From NCBI GenBank assembly GCA_963782055.1, contig CAWAIF010000003.1, positions 4,480,001 to 4,544,000 of the forward strand: DNA of 64,000 bases, read 5' to 3'. The notes beneath the pieces are model-generated. The model ran no database searches and was not told where the DNA came from. It saw nothing but the letters and a program-made list of their open reading frames with translations. Numbering within the stretch: the first letter of the stretch is position 1; the number at the start of each line of letters is the position of its first letter. The DNA comes from an uncultured delta proteobacterium. GTDB taxonomy: Bacteria; Myxococcota_A; Polyangia; Polyangiales; Polyangiaceae. Shown here piece after piece: positions 10,121-20,736 of this stretch. The translations under genes were made by a program, and so were the position numbers.

Positions 10121-13100
10121 ATGGGGCCCGGACACCTCGTGGCGAATCGGTTCGAGATCGAGGCCGCCGCCGGTACCGGGGGGATGGCGACCGTCTACAC
10201 GGCCATCGACCGTCAGTCCGGAGTGCGCGTCGCGCTCAAGGTGCTGCGCGGCGCGGGCGCCGCTTTCCCGGAGCGGTTCGCGCGGGAGGCCGACGTCCTC
10301 GCCGAGCTGTGCCACCCCGGCATCGTCCGCTACGTCGCGCACGGCGCCGTGGAGGGGCAGCAGTACCTCGCGATGGAGTGGCTGGAGGGCGAGGATTCTC
10401 GCGCGCCGCCTCGCACGCACGACTATCCCGCTCGACGACACGCTCTCGATCGGCGCGTCCGCCGCGCGAGCGCTCGCGGCGGCGCACGGTCGCGGCGTCG
10501 TCCACCGGGACATCAAGCCGAGCAATCTGTTTCTCATGCGCGGCCAAGCACACGACGTGAAGCTGGTCGACTTCGGCATCGCGCGGTTCAGCCTCGACCA
10601 GCGGCCCGAGCTCACGGCGACGGGGTTGGTGCTCGGGACGCCCGGGTACATGGCACCCGAGCAGGTGCGGGGCGCAAAGGATCTCGACGGCAGCGCCGAC
10701 GTGTTTTCGCTCGGGTGCGTGCTGTTCAAGTGCCTCACCGGGAAGTCGCCCTTCGTCGCCGACAACGTCGTTGGCGTGCTCGCAAAGATCCTCCTCGAAG
10801 AGGCGCCGCGCGTCGCCGATCGGGTCGAAGGGATCCCCGGCGCCCTCGACGACCTCGTCGCTCGAATGCTGGCGAAGGATCCGGCAGCGCGCCCCGACGA
10901 GGTCACCGTGTCGGTGGAGCTGGAGCGGTTGCGCACCAGCGACGAACCGCAGACGCTTCGGCGCAGCCCGGAGATCTCCGCGCTCGGCGGGGACGAGCAG
11001 CGCGTGTGGAGCGTGGTGCTCGTGCGCCGACCGAACGAGGCCGGCGACGGCCCCACGCTCGCCGATAGCCACGAGCGCACGCTACCCGAGCTCGATCGGC
11101 TCGCTCCCTCGATCGATGCGTTGCGGGAGGTCGCCGCGGAGCAACGCGGCCGGCTCGAAGCGCTCGTGGACGGCTCACTCCTGGTGACCATCGAGGGCAC
11201 CGCGACCGACATGGCGGCGCACGCCGCGCGGTGCGCCCTCGCGCTGCGCGCGCGGATCACGACAGCGCCCATGGCGCTCGCGACGGGCCGGGCGACCGCG
11301 CAGGGCCGTCTGCCGATCGGAGAGGTCACCGACCGCGCGGCGCGGATGCTGGACAGCGGGTGGACCGCCGGCGTGCGGATCGACGACGCCACCGCGGGCC
11401 TGCTCGATTCCCGCTTCGAGGTGACCGGCGACGGGCGCGGCCTCGAGCTCTCGAGTGAACGCGAGCCGGTCGAGCAGCCGCGGACCCTCCTCGGCAGGAC
11501 GACGCCCTTCGTCGGACGGGAGCGCGAGATCGCGACGGTCCAGGGGACGTTCGACGAGTGCGTCGCCGAGCCCATCGCGAGGTGCGTGCTCCTGCTCGGG
11601 CCGGCCGGCATCGGCAAATCGCGGATCATCCACGAGCTCGTTCCGAAGCTCGAAGCGTCCGGCGCGGTCGTGTGGACGGGCCGCGGTGACCTGATGGGCC
11701 GAGGCTCCGCGCTGGGGCTGCTCGCGCCATCCATCCGGCGCGAGGCCGGCGTGCTCGAGGGCGAGGCCCCCGCCGTTCGCCAGCGCAAGGTCGCTGCGCG
11801 CGTGGCCCGTCGCGTGGCCGCGCCCATGCGCGCGCGCGTCGCCGCCTTCCTCGGGGACCTCATCGGCGCGGACTTCCCCGACGACTACGCCCCCGAGGTG
11901 CGCCCGGCGCGCGCCGACGTGCTCGTGCGGGGCGACCAGATCCGCCGCGCTTGGCTGGATTTCGTGGAGGCCGAGCTCGAGGTCCATCCTGTCGTGCTCG
12001 TGCTGGAGCACGTCCAGTGGGGCGACATGGCGTCCTTCAAGCTCATCGAGCTCGCACTGAAGAACCTTCGCGCGCGCCCCTTCTTCGTCCTCGGCGCGGC
12101 GCGGCCCGAGGTGCGGGACGCGTTCCCCGGGCTGTGGGATGGGCAAGAGGTGCAGGAGCTCGCGCTGTCGGGGTTGAGGACGCGGGCGAGCGAGCGGCTC
12201 GTTCGCGCCGTGCTGGGCGAGGCGCCGACCAAGGACGCGGTCGCGCGCATGGTGGACCGCGCCGGCGGCAACGCGTTCTACCTGGAGGAGATCGTGCGGG
12301 CGGTGGCGGGCGGGCGCGGCTCCGATTCGCTCCCGGACACGGTGCTGGCGATGGTGCAGGCACGGCTCGACGTGGTCGATGCCGACCTGCGCCGCGTGCT
12401 ACGCGCGGCGAGCGTCTTTGGCCAGGTGTTCTGGGCGGGCGGCGTCGCCGCGCTCCTCGCCGCCGAGTTGCCGTCGATCGAGGAGCGGCTGGCCGAGCTC
12501 GAGCACCTGGAGATCATCCACCGCGTGGGAGCGGGGAAGTTTCCTCGCGAGGCCGACTGGACGTTCCATCAGGCGGTCGTGCGCGACGCCGCCTACGCGA
12601 TGCTCACGGAGGCCGATCGCACGCTCGGGCATCGCCTGGCCGCGCTCTGGCTCGAGCACGCGGGCGAGCGCGAGCCCATCGTGCTGGCGGAGCACTTCGA
12701 ACGCGGCGCCGAACCGGCTCGCGCCATTGACTGGTACATGAGAGGAGCGCAGCAGGCGCTGGGCGGCAACGACTTCGCCGGCGCGATCGGGACCGCCGAG
12801 CGCGGCGTCGAGTGCGGAGCCTCTGGAACCACGCTCGGGATGCTGCGTCTCGTCCAGGCGGAGGCCCAGCAGTGGCGAGGCGAGTACGCCGAGATGAGCG
12901 AGAGCGCGTTTGAGGCCCAAGCGGTGCTTCCGCGACGCAGCGACGCATGGTACACGGCGCTCGCGCAGATCGCGGTGGCGACCGGCAGCCTCGGCAACGC
13001 GACCGCGCTCGTCGCGTCGACCGAGCCGCTCTTCCATGACAAGCCGCGCACCAATTCGCAGGTGGCCGCGTGGGACCGCGTCGCCGCTCACTTCGCCACC

Positions 13101-13970
13101 TGCGGCCGACTGGACCTCGCGAAGTCGCTGTGGGACGCGATCGAAGGGGTCGCCAGCGATCTCGACTCCCCGTGGATCCACCGGGCGCGCGGCCTCAAGG
13201 CGCTGTTCGAGGGCGACCCAGCCGAGTACGCGAGCTTCTCGACGGCGGCGGCGGACGCCTTCGAGAGGTCCGGCGATCTGCGGCAGGCGTGTCAGCAACG
13301 AAGCAACGCGGGTGACGCGATGAAGGAGCTGGGCGACTACGCCGTCGCCGAGGCGACGCTGCGCAAGGCTCTGTTGGACGCGGAGCGGATGGGCCTCACC
13401 TACGTCGCGACCCATGCGAAGCTGAACCTCGCCGCCGTGCTCGCGCGCGCGGGGACGCCTCACGAGGCGGTCCGCTTCGCTCGTGCGGCCGTGGAGGAGG
13501 CTCACGCGCAGAACCACCCGCGGTTCGAATGTGCGGCGCGAGCCTTCCTTGTGCTCGCACATCATCGGGCCGGCGAGCTCGAGGACGCCGAGCGGGCGGC
13601 GGCGCAGGCCACGGAGCTCGCGCAGTCCGGCGTGCCGCCGTGGGTGCCCTTCGCGCGCGCGCTCCAGGCCGCCGTCGACCTCGCGCGCGATCGCCCCGCC
13701 GCCGCGCTCTCCGCGGCGCGCGACGCGAACGACCGCTTGCTGGCGTTCGGTGCCGTCGAGGAGGGCGAGGCCTTCGTCCGCCTGGTCGTCGCCGAGGCGC
13801 TCGAGGCCAACCACGATCGCGCCGCCGCGAAGGCCGCCGTCGGCGAGGCGCGCGTCGCGCTGCTCGCGCGTGCGGAGCGGATCAGGGATCTGCGCTATCG
13901 GAAGACCTTCCTGGAGAACATCAGCGAGCATGCTCGGACGATCGAGCTCGCTCGGGCGTGGGGGGCCTGA
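10121..13970 (+). pseudogene. Ser/Thr kinase - AAA/STAND-type ATPase - TPR protein, frameshifted at ~10396
   Basis: The N-lobe (GTGGMATVY, VALKVL, HPGIVRY, YLAMEWLEGED) is in one frame and HRDIKPSN, DFG, GTPGYMAPE, Walker A GPAGIGKS and TPR-like helices are in the next. One extra T in GAG GAT T CTC splits them. Confidence 0.85.
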
Positions 13971-14098
13971 GCAAACTCGACGCCGGCTCGTCGGCGAGCC
14001 GAAGACGCTTCGACGTCGTCTGAGGGCGCCGCAGCCTTCATCCTGGCAGTCGAGCCGCCGGTCTCGAACCACACGGCGTCGGCATCGTCCGCGGGCAG

Positions 14099-14128
14099 CG
14101 GCCGCGGGTCCGCGGCCGAGTTTTTTTT
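14099..14128 (+). terminator. Rho-independent terminator
   Basis: CGGCCGCG-GGTC-CGCGGCCG perfect 8-bp stem followed by AG and T8, about 130 nt after the kinase stop. Confidence 0.75.
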
Positions 14129-14155
14129 CCCTCACCGAGGGAAGGTACCCAGGGT

Positions 14156-14174
14156 CTGTACGTACAGTGTACAC
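14156..14174. promoter_or_regulatory. Palindromic operator overlapping a probable -10 (TACAGT) of the lipoprotein gene
   Basis: Perfect palindrome CTGTACGTACAG abutting GTGTACAC; SD AAGGAG downstream. Confidence 0.45.
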
Positions 14175-14195
14175 CTCGTTCCAAGGAGACCTTCC

Positions 14196-15242
14196 ATGTC
14201 GCGCCATCTGCTCGTCGCTGCTGCCCTTTCCATGACCGCGTGTGCCATGCTGCCGGGCGCGTCCGACCCCGCCGCGTCTTCGTCGAAGCCGTCGACCGAC
14301 ACCGCAACCGTGGAGCCGACGAAGAACGCCGATCCCGCGCCGGTCGCCGACAAGACCCCCGACGCCGTGGCCCCCGCGGCCCCCGGAAAGCGGGACGGGC
14401 AGATCGTGTTCTCCAACGCGCCCATCGGCAAGGATGACACCGACGACGCGAAGCTCGTCACGGCCAGCACGCTCGACAAGCCGCTCTACGTCCGCGCCTA
14501 CCTGCCCAAGACGCCGGCCGGCATCCTCCAGGACAACGAGCAGAGGTACTGCTCGGACGGCAGCCAGGTGAAGTACGCGTTCTACGCCACGCTCGAGGGC
14601 TCGGATCCGCACAACATGGACAGCGCGGGCACCATGACGACCAAGGACAAGCTCAAGAAGGATTTGTTCCGCTCGCTGCGCAGCATGAGCATCGACGACT
14701 CGAAGGGAGAGCCCGTGTCGGTCGTGCCGCAGGCGCCGTTCGACATCACCACCGGGTTCGCCCACACCGACTTCCCGGCCACGTATCGCTTCATCGCCCT
14801 CACCTCCATGATGAAGCCGGGCAAGAACGTGGTCACCCTGCGCTATCGCATCGGCTGTGACGGGCACCCTGGCAAGAACAGGCGGGAGCTCACGGACGTC
14901 GCGACGGGGCAGATCACCTTCGACGTCAAGGCCAGCGACCTGAGCGCCTTCTCGCGCAAGGTCATCCACTTCGCGCCCAGCGCCGACGCGGCCATGGCGA
15001 GCAAGCTCAAGCCCGCGTACACCAAGGCGCTCTCGAAAGGGACGAGGCTGGTCAAGTTCAGCGCCGACAAGCCCGTCGTGCAGTCGCTCAGGAAGCGCTA
15101 CACGAACGTGCGCGCGATCGTCCGACACAAGAGCGGCAAGTGCGGCTGGATCTACGGCAGCTACCAGGACCCGAACAAGTCGAACACGTTCACCGACGGG
15201 CACTTCGTCGCGAACGGCGAGTTCGCCATCCCCTGCCCGTAG
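14196..15242 (+). CDS. Hypothetical lipoprotein
   Basis: Lipobox-like SMTAC, Pro/Ala linker, strong GC3 bias, SD AAGGAG. Confidence 0.8.
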   Translation: MSRHLLVAAALSMTACAMLPGASDPAASSSKPSTDTATVEPTKNADPAPVADKTPDAVAPAAPGKRDGQIVFSNAPIGKDDTDDAKLVTASTLDKPLYVRAYLPKTPAGILQDNEQRYCSDGSQVKYAFYATLEGSDPHNMDSAGTMTTKDKLKKDLFRSLRSMSIDDSKGEPVSVVPQAPFDITTGFAHTDFPATYRFIALTSMMKPGKNVVTLRYRIGCDGHPGKNRRELTDVATGQITFDVKASDLSAFSRKVIHFAPSADAAMASKLKPAYTKALSKGTRLVKFSADKPVVQSLRKRYTNVRAIVRHKSGKCGWIYGSYQDPNKSNTFTDGHFVANGEFAIPCP

Positions 15243-15562
15243 CGAGCGCCCCGGGGGGGGGCGCCGTCACGGCCGCGCGTCGTCGGCTGGGCGCTGAGCG
15301 CGCGGTGCCCTCGGCGGACATCAGGTCGCCGTACATGGTGCTCCGGACGGTCAAAGCGGTCGAAATCGAGGAAGATAGTCGAGCGAGGGCGCGCATCATG
15401 ACGAGATGAGCGCCCGCGAGGCGTGGCGCCGCGCGGGCTTCGAACCCGCGCGGAGTGTGGTCAGCGACGCACCACGCGGAGCGCGACTGTGGCCGGGCGG
15501 GGACCTCCGTCCCTTCTTTCGCCGACCGGTAACCGGCCCTCGCTGCTAGGCTCCGGTCCGCA

Positions 15563-18181
15563 GTGAAATCCGTCAAGGTTGGCCGATCGCTCCTGGAGCT
15601 CGAGACCGCGCCGCTGCCGCTGCCGACGCGCTCGTGCGAGCCATTCGGGCTCCTCTACCACCCCGTCGAGAAGTGCCTGTGGATGCTGGATTTCACTTCC
15701 GGCCAGCTGTGGCGCTACGCGCACGAGCGGTGGTCGCTCATCTCGAACGCGGTCGACCTCATGCCCACCGGGTACTCGAGAACGTACTCGTGGAGCTTCC
15801 ATTTCTACTGGGATGGCGAGCGCAAAGCCCCAGTCTGCTTCGCGACGGGGTACGGCGGCAGCGGGCTCCCGATCATGGGCGTCTGGGACGGCAAGCGCTT
15901 CGCGGAGTCGACGCCGAAGGGCGCGCTGAAGAGCTCGAACGGCGACGCCTTCGCGTGGGACGCGGGGCGCAACGTCTTGGTCCACTTCGTCGGCTCCACC
16001 AAGCTCCGGGCCCGCGAGCTCGATGCCACGGGCGTGTGGCGTGACGTCGGGCCCGCGCAGGAACTGGTGACCGATCCGGTCGACCTGATGGCCGGCTACG
16101 ATGGCGATCTCGGCGCGACGGTGTGCATCAGTGCGGCCGGCATCGCCATCGCGTGGGACGGCGTGCGCTGGAAGTCCGTGCCCGTCGAGACGACCTACCC
16201 GTGGTTTCCGTACGCCACCGCGCCGGCGCCTCGCACGCGCGCGATGGTCTTCGCCTACGCGCCGCGCGAGACGGGCGAATGGCCAGCCCACGTGCTCGAG
16301 CAGAGCAAGGGCAAGCTCCGGCCCAGGCCCGTCACCACCATGCGGCTCTCCGGCGGCATGGCCCACGACCCCGATCGCGACGTCACCTACGTGTTCGGTC
16401 CGTGGTTCGGCAGCGGCACGCTCCAGCGCACGCTCGGCACCTACGACGGGGGATCCTTCCAGCCGGCCGGCCGCGCTTGCGCCGCGCAAGTGCCGCTCGC
16501 CGGCCCGGGACACTTCTTCTGGGACGGCGTGGGGTCGACGTACTACGAGCTCTATGTCGCGCCCGGCACGACGACGCCGCTCGCTTCGATGCTGCCCACG
16601 TTGCCACCGAGCATCGGCGTAGCGATGACGCACCACGGGATCTACTCCGTGGCGAGCACCGGCGAGGTCGCGTCGTGCGCCTTCGAGGGCAAGGCCTTTG
16701 CGAAGTCGACCGCAGCTCCGCGCGGCTTCACCCCACGCACCGCGCCATCCCTTGGCGCAGATTACGACGGTGACCGCGTGCTCCTCGTGAGCGGCACGCC
16801 CACGACCGACGGCCCCTTCGCGAAGGACGCCTGGCTCCTGCAGGCGGGCAAGTGGAAGAAGCTCGCGATCACCGGGCCCGCGCCTGCGCTCGGCAACGCC
16901 AAGCTGACGTACGACGCCGCGCGCGCGCGCTGGATCGTCGCAGGTGGGCGCGACAGGTCCTTCAAGGAAGGGCAAAAGACGTTCGAGACGGACGAGGCAA
17001 AGTGGAAGAGCTTCGTGACCCGGTTCGTGAACGCGAAGGGCAAAGCGACCGGCGCGGCGGCCGTCGCGTTGATGGCGTACGACGCGCCATCCAGGCAAAC
17101 CTTCTGTCTCGCCGGCCGCTACGGGTTCGATCAGGTCTACGTCTACGAGGGCGAGGGCGTGTGGCGGCTCGTCGACGAGACGTACACCAGGGGCGCCTAC
17201 GACGTCACGACCCGGCGTTTGGCGTGGCGTGAACTGCCGGGCGATGGTCTGGTTCGGTACCTGGACCTCGGCGCGCTCCTCTCTTCGTACGCCGCGGCAC
17301 ACATCGACGCGCCCGAGGGGAAGACGAAGGCAGAAGCGGCCAGGGCAGCGCCGCGTGCGATCGCCGGCGAAGTGTGGCTCCGCTACGAGGACGAAGGCTC
17401 CGACAAGGTCTGGTTCGCGCGCCTCGACGGGGCGTCGTTCACCGTGCGCTCTGGCAAACGCGGCGGCGCGCTGCAAGCGAAGACGACGTCTTGCAAGACC
17501 GCGGCGCTCGCCCGGGCGAAGTACACGCGCGCCGTGGAAGCGAAACTCGCCAGGGGCTACGAGCACGCGCCCGAGCGCGAAGCGATCGCGAGATTGCCGG
17601 GGCTGAAGGCCTGGCACATCGTCCGCAGCAAAGGAAAGGGCGACGGGTGGGGCGGCGTTCCGAGGGGCGTCGGCGTGCGCGAGTGGCCGGCGTGTGCAGA
17701 ATGCAAGGCTCCCCTGATCCACGTCGCCACGATCCACGCGCACCCCGAGCGGCTGCCGCTGAAGAAGCACGCGGCCTTGATGGCCTTCATTTGCGGCGGC
17801 GAGCTGTGCGAGTTCTGGGATCCCGAGATGGGCGCGAACAAGGTGCTCCTGCGCACCGCGGCCGATCTGGCAAAGCCAACGCTCGAGGCGCCGCCGAAAG
17901 GCGTGGAGACGGCCAGGCCCTGGGCCTTCGGCTACAAGGAGGTCTTCGAGATCGACGAAGCGCGCGAGCCCAACGCGCCGATGCTCGAGACCTGCGACAA
18001 GGTCGGCGGCTACCCCGCCTGGATCCAGCGCGACGATCGGCCCCGCTGCAGCCAATGCAAGAAGCCGATGCGCTTCGTCGCCCAGCTCAACGAGCACGAC
18101 CTGAACTTCGCGGGCGGCGGTATCAGCTACCTCTTCGTGTGCGAAGCCGAGCACAAGGCCGTGCTGCTGATGCAGCGGTAG
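15563..18181 (+). CDS. Kelch-like beta-propeller + WGR domain + C-terminal DUF1963/YwqG-like domain with CxxC pairs
   Basis: WDG..W / MAHDPDR / LTYDAAR / MAYDAPS repeats; WGR-like LRYEDEGSDKVW...RSGKRG...KLARGY; C-terminal DKVGGYPAWIQ..PRCSQCKKPMRFVAQL..NFAGGGISYLFVC. Confidence 0.75.
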   Translation: MKSVKVGRSLLELETAPLPLPTRSCEPFGLLYHPVEKCLWMLDFTSGQLWRYAHERWSLISNAVDLMPTGYSRTYSWSFHFYWDGERKAPVCFATGYGGSGLPIMGVWDGKRFAESTPKGALKSSNGDAFAWDAGRNVLVHFVGSTKLRARELDATGVWRDVGPAQELVTDPVDLMAGYDGDLGATVCISAAGIAIAWDGVRWKSVPVETTYPWFPYATAPAPRTRAMVFAYAPRETGEWPAHVLEQSKGKLRPRPVTTMRLSGGMAHDPDRDVTYVFGPWFGSGTLQRTLGTYDGGSFQPAGRACAAQVPLAGPGHFFWDGVGSTYYELYVAPGTTTPLASMLPTLPPSIGVAMTHHGIYSVASTGEVASCAFEGKAFAKSTAAPRGFTPRTAPSLGADYDGDRVLLVSGTPTTDGPFAKDAWLLQAGKWKKLAITGPAPALGNAKLTYDAARARWIVAGGRDRSFKEGQKTFETDEAKWKSFVTRFVNAKGKATGAAAVALMAYDAPSRQTFCLAGRYGFDQVYVYEGEGVWRLVDETYTRGAYDVTTRRLAWRELPGDGLVRYLDLGALLSSYAAAHIDAPEGKTKAEAARAAPRAIAGEVWLRYEDEGSDKVWFARLDGASFTVRSGKRGGALQAKTTSCKTAALARAKYTRAVEAKLARGYEHAPEREAIARLPGLKAWHIVRSKGKGDGWGGVPRGVGVREWPACAECKAPLIHVATIHAHPERLPLKKHAALMAFICGGELCEFWDPEMGANKVLLRTAADLAKPTLEAPPKGVETARPWAFGYKEVFEIDEAREPNAPMLETCDKVGGYPAWIQRDDRPRCSQCKKPMRFVAQLNEHDLNFAGGGISYLFVCEAEHKAVLLMQR

Positions 18182-18262
18182 TCACGAGGGCGCTTCCGGC
18201 GGCCGTCGCGGCGACGGCCTTTCGGCTCGACCGCTCTACGATCCCCGGTTAGCCTGCGGCGC

Positions 18263-19258
18263 GTGAAGAAGCCGAAGCCGCGCACGATCGCTGCGCTGTG
18301 GACGATCCTCGACGCGGCCCGCGGCTCCACGAAGCCGAAGCCGGCAACGTCCGCGGCGCTCGCGAAGCTGCGCCGCGCCAGCGCCGATATCCATCCGAGC
18401 ATCTTCGAGTCACTCGCGGTCCACGACGGCGACGTGGCGCTCGACAGCTACACGCTGCTGTCCGCGAAGCAGATCGCGGATCGGCACCCGCCGCATCTCC
18501 TGTACTTCGGCAACGTCCCGTTCGCGATGGACGGAGGTGGCAACTACTACACGGTGAACAAGCAGGGCAAGGTGCTCGGCATCGATCGCGGGGACCGCTC
18601 CCACTTCGTCAAGGCGCAGAGCATCGCTGCCTGGTTCGAGGAGCTCGTGAAGGGCCTCACCAAGGGCACGCTCGAAGCCACCCCCGAGGGCTGGATCATC
18701 GAGAAGGAGGTCGTGCCGTCGGTCCCGCACCAGGAGGACGAGACAGAGCGCATCGAGGAGCCGTTCGCAACGGAGGTCACGGCGCACATCGAGGCCGGCG
18801 AGGTCGCCGCACTGAAGAAGCTGCTCGATGCCGGCACCGTCAAGGCCACGGCGCACCTCTGGACCGGTGCGACGCTGATCAACGTGGCGGCGAGCGCATC
18901 GCAGCTCGGCGTCGTGAAGCTCCTGGTCGCGCGCGGCTGCCCGGTCGACCACGGCGTCAAGACCGGCAAGCGCACCGCGCTCTTCATGGCGTGCTGGGGC
19001 CCCGGCCGGCCGGAGATCTTCGACTACACGCTCGCGCAGGGCGCCGATCCGAACGCGCAGACGTCGTTCGACGGCACACCGCTCCACGCCGCGATCATGT
19101 TCGACAACGCGGAGCTCGCGAAGCGCCTGATCGCGGCGGGCGCGGATCCCGAGCGCACGACCGCGGACGGCGTGACCGCCCGCGCCCTCGCGAAGAAGCA
19201 CGGCGTCGACCTCGGTGCCGCGGCCGCAGCTCCGAGTCCTCGAAAGCGAGCGAAGTAG
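18263..19258 (+). CDS. SMI1/KNR4 (SUKH) domain + ankyrin repeat protein
   Basis: SLAVHDG...VPFAMDGGGNYY...GKV...AQSIAAWFEEL (SUKH), then RTALFMAC, GADPNAQ, GTPLHAA, AGADP (ankyrin). Confidence 0.82.
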   Translation: MKKPKPRTIAALWTILDAARGSTKPKPATSAALAKLRRASADIHPSIFESLAVHDGDVALDSYTLLSAKQIADRHPPHLLYFGNVPFAMDGGGNYYTVNKQGKVLGIDRGDRSHFVKAQSIAAWFEELVKGLTKGTLEATPEGWIIEKEVVPSVPHQEDETERIEEPFATEVTAHIEAGEVAALKKLLDAGTVKATAHLWTGATLINVAASASQLGVVKLLVARGCPVDHGVKTGKRTALFMACWGPGRPEIFDYTLAQGADPNAQTSFDGTPLHAAIMFDNAELAKRLIAAGADPERTTADGVTARALAKKHGVDLGAAAAAPSPRKRAK

Positions 19259-19394
19259 GCGCCCCGTCGAGGTCTGAACGAGGACCGCCCTCTCAGCCTC
19301 CGGCGCGCCTGGTCCGCGGCGACGGGCCGGACGTTGGCCGGCGTCGACCACGCTCTGCGGCGTGAGGGGCACGGCTCGCAAGTCGCAGTCTCGG

Positions 19395-20078
19395 CTAGGC
19401 GCCGAATCGCTTGAGCAACACCTCGCAGGCGGCGCGATCTCCCGGCTGGCTGTTCCACACTGGCGTGGCACTCATGAGGTAGGTGAGCGGCGTACCGATC
19501 TCGCCGCGACCGACGATGTCGACTCTGGCCCCCCGCGCGAGGAGCAGCGCGGCCTTCTCGACGGACAAATGCCCGACCGCCTCGTGCAAGGGCGTTCGCC
19601 CTGCGCTCTCCTGCGCGTCGATCTCCGCGCCCCGGTCGAGGAGCAGCGCGACCACTGCCGTCCCCGTCCCGTTGAGATCGCCGGTGCCCGCGGCAGCATG
19701 ATGAAGCGCCGTCCCGCCATAGGTGTCACGAGCCAGGACATCGGCGCCTCGATCGAGCAGCAGCCGGGTCAGCTCGAGATCGAGGACCGCGGCGCGCATG
19801 AGGGGAGTCGCCTTCCTGTAGTCGCGGACCTCGATGTCCGCACCCAGCTCGACGAGTCGCGCTGCGAGCGATGGCTTCCTCTGCGCGATGGCCGTGTGCA
19901 AGAGGCAACCGCCGGCTGGGCCCGAGGTCGCTTTCGTGTAGTCGAGCATGCCGACGGCGCGAAGCTCCTCCGCGAGGCTGATGAGCGACGCCTCGTCGCC
20001 CCCCCGCAGGGCGCTGACCGCTCTTTCAATCAGCACACGCGTCGGCTTCGGGAGCTTGGAGAGTGGCTTGTCGTCCAT
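19395..20078 (-). CDS. Ankyrin repeat protein (5' end uncertain; may extend to ~20424 through a frameshift)
   Basis: LLHTAI, GADIEVRD..ATPLMRAA, GADVLARD..GTALHHAA, GAEIDAQ..GRTPLHEA. Confidence 0.8.
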   Translation of the reverse strand: MDDKPLSKLPKPTRVLIERAVSALRGGDEASLISLAEELRAVGMLDYTKATSGPAGGCLLHTAIAQRKPSLAARLVELGADIEVRDYRKATPLMRAAVLDLELTRLLLDRGADVLARDTYGGTALHHAAAGTGDLNGTGTAVVALLLDRGAEIDAQESAGRTPLHEAVGHLSVEKAALLLARGARVDIVGRGEIGTPLTYLMSATPVWNSQPGDRAACEVLLKRFGA

Positions 20079-20736
20079 GGGATCCTTCCCCATTTCCCGC
20101 GAGTGTACTCCCCGGCGGGTGGGTGCACGGGAGATCCCAGCGCAGGGCTGGGTGCGCTGCGTCCGCTCGACCCATCGGTCGACACGCTCGGGCTTCGACG
20201 ACCTCTTCAGCGTCCGATATGGCTCGAGGTCGGAGATACAGTTGTACTCTGCATCGAGCTGCGAGAGCTTGGTCTTCACGGGCGCGTTCGAGACCCGCGA
20301 GGATCTCATCAATCGTTCGCTGGGCCTCGGGCTGGGGATAGAGCGCCCGCCACGCCGCGCGATCCGCGGGTGCCCCCGGCGGCGAGGAAAAGTCGAGAGG
20401 GGTGATTGTCTTCTTCGCGGACATCATCAGTCCTCATCGGGATGGTCGCCTATCTTCTCGTCCCCGGTATCGTCGGCATGCGCCTCTTTCCGCCTGGCAG
20501 GACTGCCAGGCAGGATTCCTCGCCGTGAGCCACCCTGTCCGTCGCTCCGGCGGCGCCGGAGGCGACCGGCTCGCGCAGGAGGGCCTTTTTTTTGAGCGTT
20601 CGCGGCCGGCGCCGCCAGCGTTTTCCAGACGAAGCGGACCTCCTCCTTGTCGGTCGCCGCGGGCCCACGCAGGCGACGAGCAGCACCGCTGCCTACGCCG
20701 AGCACTCCGAGCCTCCTTCGCCCGAGGCTGGCCGCG

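Noticed and set aside
15246..15264. GCGCCCC/GGGGCGC hairpin with a G-run after the lipoprotein stop
   Set aside because: No U-tract and a single occurrence; it may be a pause or stability hairpin, but nothing more can be supported.
20568..20593. Weak hairpin plus T8 as a terminator
   Set aside because: The stem is short with G-U pairing, and the flanking genes are on the opposite strand.
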